Below, in pieces: positions 1-7,756 of a stretch of DNA of 32,000 nucleotides. Numbering within the stretch: the first letter of the stretch is position 1; each line of letters starts with the position of its first letter. Both the position numbers and the translations under genes were made by a program. Source of the DNA: Erysipelotrichaceae bacterium (GTDB taxonomy: Bacteria > Bacillota_I > Bacilli_A > Erysipelotrichales > Coprobacillaceae). The stretch lies in assembly GCA_028698185.1 (NCBI GenBank), contig JAQVDW010000010.1, forward strand, positions 22,519 to 54,518, written 5' to 3'. Below the pieces are notes generated by a model that saw only the letters and a list, made by a program, of their open reading frames with translations, ran no database searches and was not told the origin of the DNA.

Positions 1-783
1 ATCGAGAGCACCGTGGGTTTCTCGATTTTCAACCGCTCCAACCGCGGGGTCAAGCTGACTCTCAAAGGCGAGGAGTTCGTCACATATGCCAAGCAGGTGC
101 TCGACCAGTACAACCTTCTCGAGGAGAAATTTGTCTCCAAGAACAACAAGCAGTACTTCTCGGTTTCCTTGCAGCACTATACGTTCGCCGTAAAGGCCTT
201 TGTCGAGACGCTCCAGTCCCACTCCTTCGACCAGTATGAATTCTCCATTTTCGAGACCCGGACCAAGGACGTCATCGACAATGTCAAGAACTTCAAATCC
301 GACCTCGGGGTCATCTACACCACCGCCAACAATGAGCGGATCATCACCAGGATATTGAATGACGCCAATCTCGAATTCGTGCCCCTGGTGGAATGTGCGC
401 TCCACGTCTATCTCCACCAGGACCATCCGTTGGCGAATTTGTCAAAGATAACGCTCGACATGCTTGACGATTATCCCTGCTGTGTCTTCGACCAGGGCGA
501 CAATTCACTGTTTCTAGCCGAAGAGGTCATCTCCATCGACGACAACAAGAAGATCATCAAGGTGTCCGACCGGGCCACGATTTTGAATCTCATGATCGGG
601 CTCAACGGCTATACGATATGTTCGGGCATCATCTCCCAGGAACTCAACGGCAGCGAGTATCTGTCGATTCCCCTGGCCGTCAACGAGACGATGACGATCG
701 GCTACATCAAGCACAAGAACCTTTATCTAAACGAGATCTGCCAGGAATATATCGGACATCTCAAGGATTATCTCAACCAGTGA
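1..783 (+). CDS. LysR-family transcriptional regulator, 5' end cut by the window edge
   Basis: Frame 1 is open from nt 1. IESTVGFSIFNRSNRGVKLTLKGEEF looks like the tail of a LysR winged HTH, followed by a ~230-aa LysR-type effector-binding-like domain. Stop TGA at 781-783, then a terminator. Confidence 0.7.
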   Translation: MESTVGFSIFNRSNRGVKLTLKGEEFVTYAKQVLDQYNLLEEKFVSKNNKQYFSVSLQHYTFAVKAFVETLQSHSFDQYEFSIFETRTKDVIDNVKNFKSDLGVIYTTANNERIITRILNDANLEFVPLVECALHVYLHQDHPLANLSKITLDMLDDYPCCVFDQGDNSLFLAEEVISIDDNKKIIKVSDRATILNLMIGLNGYTICSGIISQELNGSEYLSIPLAVNETMTIGYIKHKNLYLNEICQEYIGHLKDYLNQ

Positions 784-784
784 C

Positions 785-810
785 AAGTCGGCCTTTGCCG
801 ACTTTTTCTT
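785..810 (+). terminator. Intrinsic terminator after the LysR gene
   Basis: Stem aagtcggc (785-792) / gccgactt (797-804), 4-nt loop, then a T-run at 803-809. Confidence 0.7.
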
Positions 811-838
811 TGCATTAAGACCCGCTTGGGATTACAAT
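810..838 (+). promoter_or_regulatory. Sigma-A-type promoter for the 894 gene
   Basis: TTGCAT (810-815), 17-nt spacer, TACAAT (833-838); about 55 nt upstream of the ATG. Confidence 0.45.
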
Positions 839-893
839 GTAATTGGATGGATCCACGTGATCCTTTTAAGGTTTTCAGATTGGAGGCTGACCT

Positions 894-1625
894 ATGGAAA
901 ATGTGACCGCGCTGCTCGCTTCGGTGATCTATGTCTTTGGATCACTGATAGTAGTTGTCATCTTCGACAATTTCTCTTCGAGAAGCAAGGAGCTCTCCCG
1001 CAAGATGCTCCATATCCTGACTGGCAACTGGATCCTGATCAGCCTGATGTTCACAGACATCCTGGCTTTGGCCCTTTTGCCAACCATGCTGTTGGGTCTC
1101 AACCTGCTTTCACTCCGTTTCAGTCTGGTCAAGGCGATGGAACGCGACGACGACAGCTGGGGCACCGTCTTTTATCCCCTGAGCATCCTGGTGCTGGCCC
1201 TGGCCGCCTTCATCCTGGAAATGCCGGCCATTTCCGTCACAGGCATCCTGATTTTGGCTTACGGTGACGGGCTGGCAGCGCTGGTCGGTGGCAAGTGGGG
1301 CAGATGGCGTCCGTTCAAAATAGCCCCGAAAAAAAGCTTCATCGGGACATTGACCGTCGCTATCGCCGGATTGGTCATCACCGCCGGCGCCATCCTCATA
1401 TTCCAGGGCAAAACCGCGCCAACAGCCGCCTTCATCATCGCCTTGAACACCGCATTGTTGGCGGCCCTGCTCGAACTGGCAGACAAAAAAGGGAGCGACA
1501 ATCTTACCCTGCCATTGGGCACGGGTCTTTTTGTTGGGGGCAGCCTCTGTTTTTTTGACTGGGTCGCCCAGGCTGTTTTTTTTGGAGTGCTGGTCATCAT
1601 CTGGGCACTGGTTTTCAGGAAATGA
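894..1625 (+). CDS. Polytopic membrane protein, CTP-dependent polyprenol/diacylglycerol (phytol/dolichol) kinase - CdsA superfamily
   Basis: 243 aa and strongly hydrophobic. Motifs LHILTGNW, YGDGLAALVGGKWGR and KKSFIGT are typical of the COG0170 / CTP_transf_1-like family. GGAGG SD lies 7 nt before the ATG. Confidence 0.5.
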   Translation: MENVTALLASVIYVFGSLIVVVIFDNFSSRSKELSRKMLHILTGNWILISLMFTDILALALLPTMLLGLNLLSLRFSLVKAMERDDDSWGTVFYPLSILVLALAAFILEMPAISVTGILILAYGDGLAALVGGKWGRWRPFKIAPKKSFIGTLTVAIAGLVITAGAILIFQGKTAPTAAFIIALNTALLAALLELADKKGSDNLTLPLGTGLFVGGSLCFFDWVAQAVFFGVLVIIWALVFRK

Positions 1626-1644
1626 TAACAGGCCCGATTCAGGC

Positions 1645-1678
1645 ATAAAAAAACGCTGGGTTTCCAGCGTTTTACTTT
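1645..1678. terminator. Bidirectional terminator between convergent genes
   Basis: aaacgctgg (1651-1659) / ccagcgttt (1664-1672) with an A-run upstream and a T-run downstream. It overlaps the stop of the minus-strand gene. Confidence 0.7.
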
Positions 1679-2679
1679 ACCTTGATTTCTTCGATGTTTT
1701 TCAAGATCAGCTCGGTCTTGCCGTCGCTGCCTGTCTGGGTGTTGAAATCGATCAGGTTGAGATACTCGTCAAGAGGCAGCTCGATTGTGCGGCGGTCGTC
1801 GAGAATCAGTTTGCAGCGGGCCATCTTCTCGATCGAGGTCGGAATGTTGACAATCTCGTCATCGGATGTGAAACCCAGATCGAGAAGGAGCGTCTCCACC
1901 TCGGTTTGGGCCTGGTAGTCGCTGGCCATCACCTTCTGGGCAATTTCCAGAGGCTTGACCTTCTCGAAGTTTTCCAGGGCGTTGATTACCTCCTGCTTTA
2001 CCAGGACGCCCGGGTCACCAGGGAAGACATTGAGCTGACTGTCGACTTTCTTGACTGCCTTGTTGAGCAGCGACAGTTTCTCGCGGTCGGACAGTTTCGG
2101 TTCACCCTTGATGTACTGTTCATTGAGATAGAAGTCGGCCTTCCCGTCGATTTCGAATTTCTTCTCAATCAGATAAAGGCGGCCTTTTTCGACATTGACG
2201 ATGATGGCTTCCTCAACGGCTCCACCTTGGGGTGGCAGACTCTGGATATTGACGACCTTGAGACTCGTCTTGCCATCGGTCTCTTCGATCTTGATGGTCG
2301 GGCTGACCTTGTAGTTGAGCTTGATCATCACGATATGCTTCTCGCCATCGAACTTGCATTCGACAAAAAGGAGGTTGCTGTTTGGCATCTGCGTTATATG
2401 GCTTGCAAGTTCGTAGATGTCCTGGGCAATCTTGCAAGAAACCGTGATGAAGCTTTCCTCGTCAAGAGTCATGTCGCTTGCCATGGTAAGCACATGATGT
2501 TGACTTGGGACCACAATTTCTTTAATATTACTGTTGGCAAACACTTTTTCAAGCTTCTTGCGATAGTATTCGATCAAAGCCTCATCGATCGCCACCAGCT
2601 GGTTTGAATATGTAATTTTCGAATGTTCCATATCGAGCATATGGAGTATAATCTTGTCTATGATTATCGTATTGTTCAT
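1672..2679 (-). CDS. Nucleoid-associated protein, NdpA/YejK-like (tentative)
   Basis: The ORF runs to a GTG at 2688, but the ATG at 2679 is preceded by GGTGA, so 2679 is preferred. The N-terminal IIDKIILHMLD motif, the LLFVECKFDGEKHIVMIKL block and the ~335-aa size fit the 37-kDa nucleoid-associated family. No database check was made. Confidence 0.5.
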   Translation of the reverse strand: MNNTIIIDKIILHMLDMEHSKITYSNQLVAIDEALIEYYRKKLEKVFANSNIKEIVVPSQHHVLTMASDMTLDEESFITVSCKIAQDIYELASHITQMPNSNLLFVECKFDGEKHIVMIKLNYKVSPTIKIEETDGKTSLKVVNIQSLPPQGGAVEEAIIVNVEKGRLYLIEKKFEIDGKADFYLNEQYIKGEPKLSDREKLSLLNKAVKKVDSQLNVFPGDPGVLVKQEVINALENFEKVKPLEIAQKVMASDYQAQTEVETLLLDLGFTSDDEIVNIPTSIEKMARCKLILDDRRTIELPLDEYLNLIDFNTQTGSDGKTELILKNIEEIKVK

Positions 2680-2724
2680 TTTTATCACCGTTTCATATTA
2701 TAACACACCAAAGGAGAAAATCCC

Positions 2725-3465
2725 ATGAAAATAATTATCGGCGACGCCAAAACCCAGAAGATGCCAAGGGCATCCCAATCGCCATTAGAATCCGCCACCC
2801 CGGCATTTGCCAGAAAGGCCAAGACGCTGCTGGACCGTTTGAAAAGCCTGAGCCTCGAAGAGCTCGAAAAGCAGTTCAAGGTGTCAGCGAAGATCGCCGC
2901 CACGCTTCACGAGCGCTACCGGGACGAAACGAGGGCGCCCGCCTTCGAACTTTTCGACGGGATGGTGTTCAGGCAGTTCAACATCGATGTCAAACAGGAG
3001 TCACTAAACTACTACAACAACCACCTCCGGATCGTCTCGCCGCTATATGGTCTGCTAAGGCCTGGCGACGCCATCTCCTTTTACCGTCTGTCGATGGATG
3101 ATTTTGCCGATCTCGACCTCTACGAGTACCACCATCAAGTCAACGACCTCCTCAAAGACGAGGACTGCTTGATCCTGCTTTGTTCCCAGGAATTCGCCCG
3201 ACTGATCGACCATCCAGAAGCGTATTTTGTCGATTTTCTGGAGTTCGACGGCAACAAAGTCAAAAGACCATCGGCCCATATCAAAAAGGCCCGAGGGCTG
3301 ATGGTGGCCGCGATGGCCAATGAAAAGATAGCTTCAATAGCCCAGCTCGAAACGCTCAGGGTCGACGGATTTGCCTTCAACAAGGAGCTTTCAAAGGGCA
3401 AAAATCTCGTTTTTAGCCGGAAATTCGCAACTAAAAAAACATTATCCCCAGCAAACCGGCCATAA
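2725..3465 (+). CDS. yaaA: YaaA-family peroxide stress protein (DUF328/UPF0246)
   Basis: 246 aa. MKIIIGDAKTQ..., LSLEELEKQFKVS, SPLYGLLRPGD.I..YRL and KKARGLM are characteristic YaaA blocks. AAAGGAG SD present. Confidence 0.75.
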   Translation: MKIIIGDAKTQKMPRASQSPLESATPAFARKAKTLLDRLKSLSLEELEKQFKVSAKIAATLHERYRDETRAPAFELFDGMVFRQFNIDVKQESLNYYNNHLRIVSPLYGLLRPGDAISFYRLSMDDFADLDLYEYHHQVNDLLKDEDCLILLCSQEFARLIDHPEAYFVDFLEFDGNKVKRPSAHIKKARGLMVAAMANEKIASIAQLETLRVDGFAFNKELSKGKNLVFSRKFATKKTLSPANRP

Positions 3466-3973
3466 TCAGGTAGATGCTGGGATGGAGGCGCAACCGTCGC
3501 GACAGGCCAAACAGCACCCCAAAAAGAACGACCGCCTTGAAATCGACTGACCAGCCGCCACCGTCAAAATCGAAAAACGACAGCTTCGCGATGCTAAAGA
3601 GTGCCGCTAGGATGATTCCGATCACCACTGGCCGCAAGCCGGTAAAAAACAGCTGGACATGGCGGTTGTCCTTGAAATTTTCCATGCCCCGGGCGATGAT
3701 CATGATGATCACCCATGACGGGGTAACCATGCCAAGGGTAGCGATCAGGCTGCCCCGGACCCCCATCTGGGAAAAACCGATATATGTCGCCATATTGATA
3801 CCAAGCGGTCCGGGGGTCGCCTGGGAGATGGCAATCATGTTGGCGAACTGGTCGAGGGTCAGCCAACCGTTTTTCAAGACGAAATCCTGCAAAAGGGGCA
3901 AGGCCGCCAGACCCCCGCCGATGGTGAAAAGACCGATCTTGCAGAAATTCAGATAGATGTACAAGTATTCCAT
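3431..3973 (-). CDS. chrA: Short-chain chromate-transporter (CHR) family protein, second of a pair
   Basis: 180 aa and hydrophobic. FTIGGGLAALPLLQ...GWLT...ISQATPGP is the CHR signature. AGGAGGG SD present. Confidence 0.8.
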   Translation of the reverse strand: MEYLYIYLNFCKIGLFTIGGGLAALPLLQDFVLKNGWLTLDQFANMIAISQATPGPLGINMATYIGFSQMGVRGSLIATLGMVTPSWVIIMIIARGMENFKDNRHVQLFFTGLRPVVIGIILAALFSIAKLSFFDFDGGGWSVDFKAVVLFGVLFGLSRRLRLHPSIYLIMAGLLGIMFF

Positions 3974-3981
3974 AAGCCCTC

Positions 3982-4524
3982 CTAATCCTTGAGACCCAGG
4001 GCGAAAAACGGCGCCAGGACAATGGGGATGATCGGATTGAGACCACCAAAGGCGATGGCTCCAAACACCCCAAGCATAAAGATCACAGCCAGGGGCTTTT
4101 GCAGCGTCGCCCGGCCCATCTTCATAAGGGAATTGGCGATCAAGACGACAACCATCACCCGGATGCCCGCAAAGGCCTTGATGATAATAATGTTGCTGGC
4201 GAACTGGGTGAAAAACGTGGCGATGACCATGATGATTATCGTGGGCACGACAATCATCGCCCCCGTTGCGACCAGACTGCCCAGGATGCCCGCTTGGGTG
4301 TAGCCCACCATGGTGGCGGTATTGATGGCAATAATGCCCGGGGTCGACTGGCCGATCGCAAAGTAGTCAAGCAAGGTCGGTTCGTCAAGCCAGCCCCGCT
4401 TCTCGATCAGCTCCCTTTCAAGGAGCGGGAGCATGGCGTAGCCGCCCCCGACACTGAAAGTCCCGATCGCAAAAAAAGCCTTGGCCAACTCCTTCAGGAC
4501 CGTAATTCTGTTTCTAGCTTCCAT
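3982..4524 (-). CDS. chrA: Short-chain chromate-transporter (CHR) family protein, first of a pair
   Basis: 180 aa. FSVGGGYAMLPLLE...RGWL...GQSTPG. Paired half-size CHR genes are arranged like Bacillus ywrA/ywrB. Confidence 0.8.
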   Translation of the reverse strand: MEARNRITVLKELAKAFFAIGTFSVGGGYAMLPLLERELIEKRGWLDEPTLLDYFAIGQSTPGIIAINTATMVGYTQAGILGSLVATGAMIVVPTIIIMVIATFFTQFASNIIIIKAFAGIRVMVVVLIANSLMKMGRATLQKPLAVIFMLGVFGAIAFGGLNPIIPIVLAPFFALGLKD

Positions 4525-4539
4525 AATCGCATTTCCTCC

Positions 4540-4570
4540 AAGAAAAAAGAGTCCTCAGACTCCTTTTTTA
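4540..4570 (-). terminator. Weak hairpin plus U-run overlapping the hisC stop (terminator or attenuator)
   Basis: The minus-strand RNA reads AAAAAAGGAGUC-UGAG-GACUCUUUUUUC, a 6-bp stem including one G-U pair. The chrA SD and ATG follow within about 20 nt. Confidence 0.35.
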
Positions 4571-5619
4571 TTGCAATAATCTTCCACGAACTCGAGGAAT
4601 TTGGCCATCTGTTCATCGGTGCCGATGGTAACCCGCAGGAAATTTTCAATCCGGTCCGCCTTGAAGTGGCGCACGATTATTCCCACCCCGCGCAAAGCGT
4701 TGAAAAGTTCCTCAGCCGGGATCGTCCCATGGCTGATGAAGATGAAATTCGCCTTTGAATCGAGAACCTGGAAACCAAGCTCGCGCAATCTTGCCATGGT
4801 GTTGTCGCGGGTCTTGATTATTTTTTGGCATTTTTCCAACATGTCATCGCTGTTCTTGACCGAAGCCACACCGATTTCCTTGGCGATGGTGTCGATTGGA
4901 TACGAGTTGAAGGAGTTCTTGATATCGTAGAGCTGTCTGATGACAACCGGGCTTCCGATTGCAGTTCCAAGACGGATGCCCGCCAGTGAACGTGACTTCG
5001 AGAATGTCTGGGTTATCAGCAGGTTCTCGTACTTGTCAAGGAGCGCCAGGGCGCTTTCACCGCCAAAATCGATATAGGCCTCATCGACAACAACGATCGA
5101 ATCGGGGTTGTTTTCAAGCACCTGTTCGATTGCTTCCAACGGGGCAAGAATTCCCGTTGGCGCATTGGGATTCGGGAAGATGATCCCGCTGTTTTTCTGG
5201 TTGAACTGCTCGAATGGAATCGTGAAATCCTCATTGACGGGAATCGTCTTGTAGCTAAGCTTGTAAAGATCGCAGTACACCGGATAAAACGAATATGTGA
5301 TGTCCGGGAACAATATCGGATCCGCCCCGTTGAACAGGCCTAAAAATATCAGAGCCAGAACCTCGTCGGAACCGTTGCCCAGAAACACCTGCTCCTGTTT
5401 TACCTTGTAGTAATCGGCCAGGGCGACCTGGAGTTCATAGCCGTCGCTGTTTGGATATTTCAGCAATATCTCATAATCAAAGTTCTTCAATACCTCAGCC
5501 ACCTCTGTACAAGGCGGATAGGGATTTTCATTTGTGTTCAGTTTGATCAGGTTCGCCATTTTCGGCTGTTCGCCCGCCACATAGGGCACTACCTGGCGGA
5601 ATTTGTCTTGAAATCCCAT
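4555..5619 (-). CDS. hisC: Histidinol-phosphate / aromatic aminotransferase (class II PLP enzyme)
   Basis: NENPYPP, SDEVL and FSKSRSLAGIRLG (PLP lysine motif) are present. The ORF track starts at a TTG (5631), but the ATG at 5619 with a GAGGA SD is more likely. Confidence 0.8.
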   Translation of the reverse strand: MGFQDKFRQVVPYVAGEQPKMANLIKLNTNENPYPPCTEVAEVLKNFDYEILLKYPNSDGYELQVALADYYKVKQEQVFLGNGSDEVLALIFLGLFNGADPILFPDITYSFYPVYCDLYKLSYKTIPVNEDFTIPFEQFNQKNSGIIFPNPNAPTGILAPLEAIEQVLENNPDSIVVVDEAYIDFGGESALALLDKYENLLITQTFSKSRSLAGIRLGTAIGSPVVIRQLYDIKNSFNSYPIDTIAKEIGVASVKNSDDMLEKCQKIIKTRDNTMARLRELGFQVLDSKANFIFISHGTIPAEELFNALRGVGIIVRHFKADRIENFLRVTIGTDEQMAKFLEFVEDYCNKKGV

Positions 5620-5620
5620 A

Positions 5621-6388
5621 TTAATCCTCAACTTTCTTTAATAATTCACTCACGGATGCGACCACCAGATCGGCTTTTTCCTTGATCTGGTCAAGGCAGT
5701 GATGGAAGGTGGCTCCGTGGTCGACGGTCTGGAACATTGAAATATCATTGTAGGAATCGCCGATGCCATACGAGATGCCTTTGAAATCGAGCATATCCAT
5801 CAGGGTCTTGGCGCCATAACCTTTGGTCGCCCCCTTGTAGGAGATATCGAGATAGATATCGTTAAGATTGCAGCTGACATCGTATTGCTCCAGCCGTGAA
5901 ATCACCTCATAGACGGTTTCCAGCCCGCGGTCGGCCTGGGAACAGTTGATGATTTCGAAATGGCTAGAATCCTTCGCGGTCTGCCAGAAGTCCGCGTCCA
6001 CCGCGACAAACTCTCCGTCTTGAAGGATGTGGGTGACGCCTTCTTTTAAAATATAGGTCCTGACGCCATTGTAAAATGAGGCTTCAAGATTGTCGTAACC
6101 CATGATCAGCTCGATTACAGCCAGTCCGGTTTCCCGGTCGATCACATTTTTCATCAGATCGTTGCACTGGCTGTCGATGATATGGGCGCCGTTGTTGAGA
6201 ATCATGTAATCGAAAGGCATCCTGACCTTATTGATAAGCTCCGCCGCCTCGTCGATGTTGCGGCCGGTGTTGATCACAAAGATGTTGTTTTCTCTAAACT
6301 CCCTGATCTTGTCGATAATGTCAGCCTCGATCAGGCTGTTTTTTTCCACCAGGGTTCCATCAAGGTCGCAAAAAAGTATTTTTTTCAT
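5621..6388 (-). CDS. Cof-type HAD-IIB family hydrolase (sugar/other phosphatase)
   Basis: FCDLDGTL (motif I), NTGR, and GDSYNDISMF (motif IV), with a cap domain between them. The start overlaps the upstream stop as ATGA. Confidence 0.75.
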   Translation of the reverse strand: MKKILFCDLDGTLVEKNSLIEADIIDKIREFRENNIFVINTGRNIDEAAELINKVRMPFDYMILNNGAHIIDSQCNDLMKNVIDRETGLAVIELIMGYDNLEASFYNGVRTYILKEGVTHILQDGEFVAVDADFWQTAKDSSHFEIINCSQADRGLETVYEVISRLEQYDVSCNLNDIYLDISYKGATKGYGAKTLMDMLDFKGISYGIGDSYNDISMFQTVDHGATFHHCLDQIKEKADLVVASVSELLKKVED

Positions 6389-7248
6389 CGCAGTTCACCT
6401 AAAACCCTCTCGTTTATCTTGCCACCAAACTTCAAGTCGAGCACATAGCCGGGATTATCGCCCCCAGTGACAAGGTCGGTGGCGTAATAGGCCTGCATCA
6501 ACGATCCGTTGTTGTGCATTGTGACACCCAGTCCATAGCGCCCGGGTGTCCCGTCTTGTGGGCTTTTATCCAGCAAGGCGTTGAACTCTCCGGCAAGCTC
6601 TTCGTACAAAGGGACGCTTTGCACACCAAGATAGCTTGATAACTGTTGGAAGACTATGTTGTTGTCACCCTCAAGCTTCAATGCCGCCAGGTCAAGTATG
6701 CCATATCGGCTTGTTGCAAGCTCCATGGAACTCGTATCGTTGCCACTGTTGTAGTTGAGTTCGAGTGAATAACCCTGGCCGGCGACTTCGATGTCGTATT
6801 TGGCCATGGCGTAGGCGGTGCTGGTGTTCGTGATCGTCACCTGAGTGCTGGATGCCACAATCATTCCTGCCATTTCGTCAAGATATTGGGTAAATCCGTT
6901 TTGGAAAGCGGCAAGCTTGCCTGGCAGGACGCTTTCAGGGAAATCGCCCTGATAGGCCTCCATGCTTGTATAGACATACAAGGGCACCTCATCGGCGTTG
7001 ATGCTCTGGTCATCAACCAGGCCAGAAAGCCGGGAACTGTTGTTGTACATATTGAAAAATGAAGGTCCAAACACGAAGCCGGCAATCAGGGAATAGAAAA
7101 TAATCCGCTGGACAAAGCTGACCCTGCGTCTGGGCGCTTGGGGCCCGGGCTGATTGTTTTCGCTTCGATATCCTAATATGTAGCCGCAGTGCGGGCATTT
7201 CTGGTCCGTATCGGAAATGTCTTTTTGACATCTGGGACATTTTTTCAT
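6385..7248 (-). CDS. Zinc-ribbon membrane protein, function unknown
   Basis: CPRC...CPHC occurs in the first 22 aa, followed by one TM helix (IIFYSLIAGFVFGPSFF) and a ~210-aa predicted external domain. It is tightly packed in the operon. Confidence 0.6.
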   Translation of the reverse strand: MKKCPRCQKDISDTDQKCPHCGYILGYRSENNQPGPQAPRRRVSFVQRIIFYSLIAGFVFGPSFFNMYNNSSRLSGLVDDQSINADEVPLYVYTSMEAYQGDFPESVLPGKLAAFQNGFTQYLDEMAGMIVASSTQVTITNTSTAYAMAKYDIEVAGQGYSLELNYNSGNDTSSMELATSRYGILDLAALKLEGDNNIVFQQLSSYLGVQSVPLYEELAGEFNALLDKSPQDGTPGRYGLGVTMHNNGSLMQAYYATDLVTGGDNPGYVLDLKFGGKINERVLGELR

Positions 7249-7256
7249 TGTATCAC

Positions 7257-7751
7257 CTACTTAAATATCTTGGCCATCCAGTCGTAAAATTCCTGGACGT
7301 ACACTTCTTTTTCTTTTTTTCTTTCATCTGCGTCGTCCAATTGGTAAAACTCCTTGGACAGATACGTATATTTGGCGACGATCTCATCGCCCTTGACCAG
7401 GACCATCGTCGGCACCCAGTTAAAATCAAGTTCGGCCTTTAGGATGTCGTAATCCTTCTGGTCGAGCTCGCCCTGGCTGGCCTTGTCGTGGTATTCCTGG
7501 ATATTGAAATAGTAAATATAGACTCCCGGGTTGTCTTGAAGGTAGGCTTCCACAATCGGGAAGAATTCGCGGCAGTCCTGGCAGCTTGGCCGGCCGATAA
7601 GCAATGCGAAAGGTTCATTGGCGTCTTTGAGTTCCTGGATGGTCTGGTAGTCGACCTCGGTGATATCTGGATACTGGTCGTTTTTTTCTATAGCAATAGT
7701 GGATGTCTTTTGACATCCACTCAATATCACCATGATTGCCAGGACAACCAA
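7257..7751 (-). CDS. Thioredoxin-fold lipoprotein (CxxC thiol-disulfide oxidoreductase-like)
   Basis: Lipobox ILSGC, and a GRPSCQDCREFFP CxxC site in a thioredoxin-sized domain. The track start is a TTG at 7751, but the frame stays open upstream (see findings). Confidence 0.65.
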   Translation of the reverse strand: MVVLAIMVILSGCQKTSTIAIEKNDQYPDITEVDYQTIQELKDANEPFALLIGRPSCQDCREFFPIVEAYLQDNPGVYIYYFNIQEYHDKASQGELDQKDYDILKAELDFNWVPTMVLVKGDEIVAKYTYLSKEFYQLDDADERKKEKEVYVQEFYDWMAKIFK

Positions 7752-7756
7752 CAGTT

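Noticed and set aside
849-863. ggatccacgtgatcc near-palindrome upstream of the 894 gene
   Set aside because: It has only 5-bp arms around a CACGTG core, lies downstream of the predicted promoter, and has no second copy. There is insufficient evidence for an operator.
1531-2607. 358-aa plus-strand ORF, longer than the gene it opposes
   Set aside because: It lies antisense to the NdpA-like gene and runs through the convergent terminator and the end of the 894 gene. Its L/D/V/F-rich composition is typical of the shadow frame of a GAN/NTC-biased gene. It has no SD and no recognisable motifs.
3431-3465. 35-nt convergent overlap of the yaaA and chrA 3' ends
   Set aside because: It most likely reflects poorly constrained C-terminal tails. 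No hairpin or other signal is present, so it is not treated as a regulatory feature.
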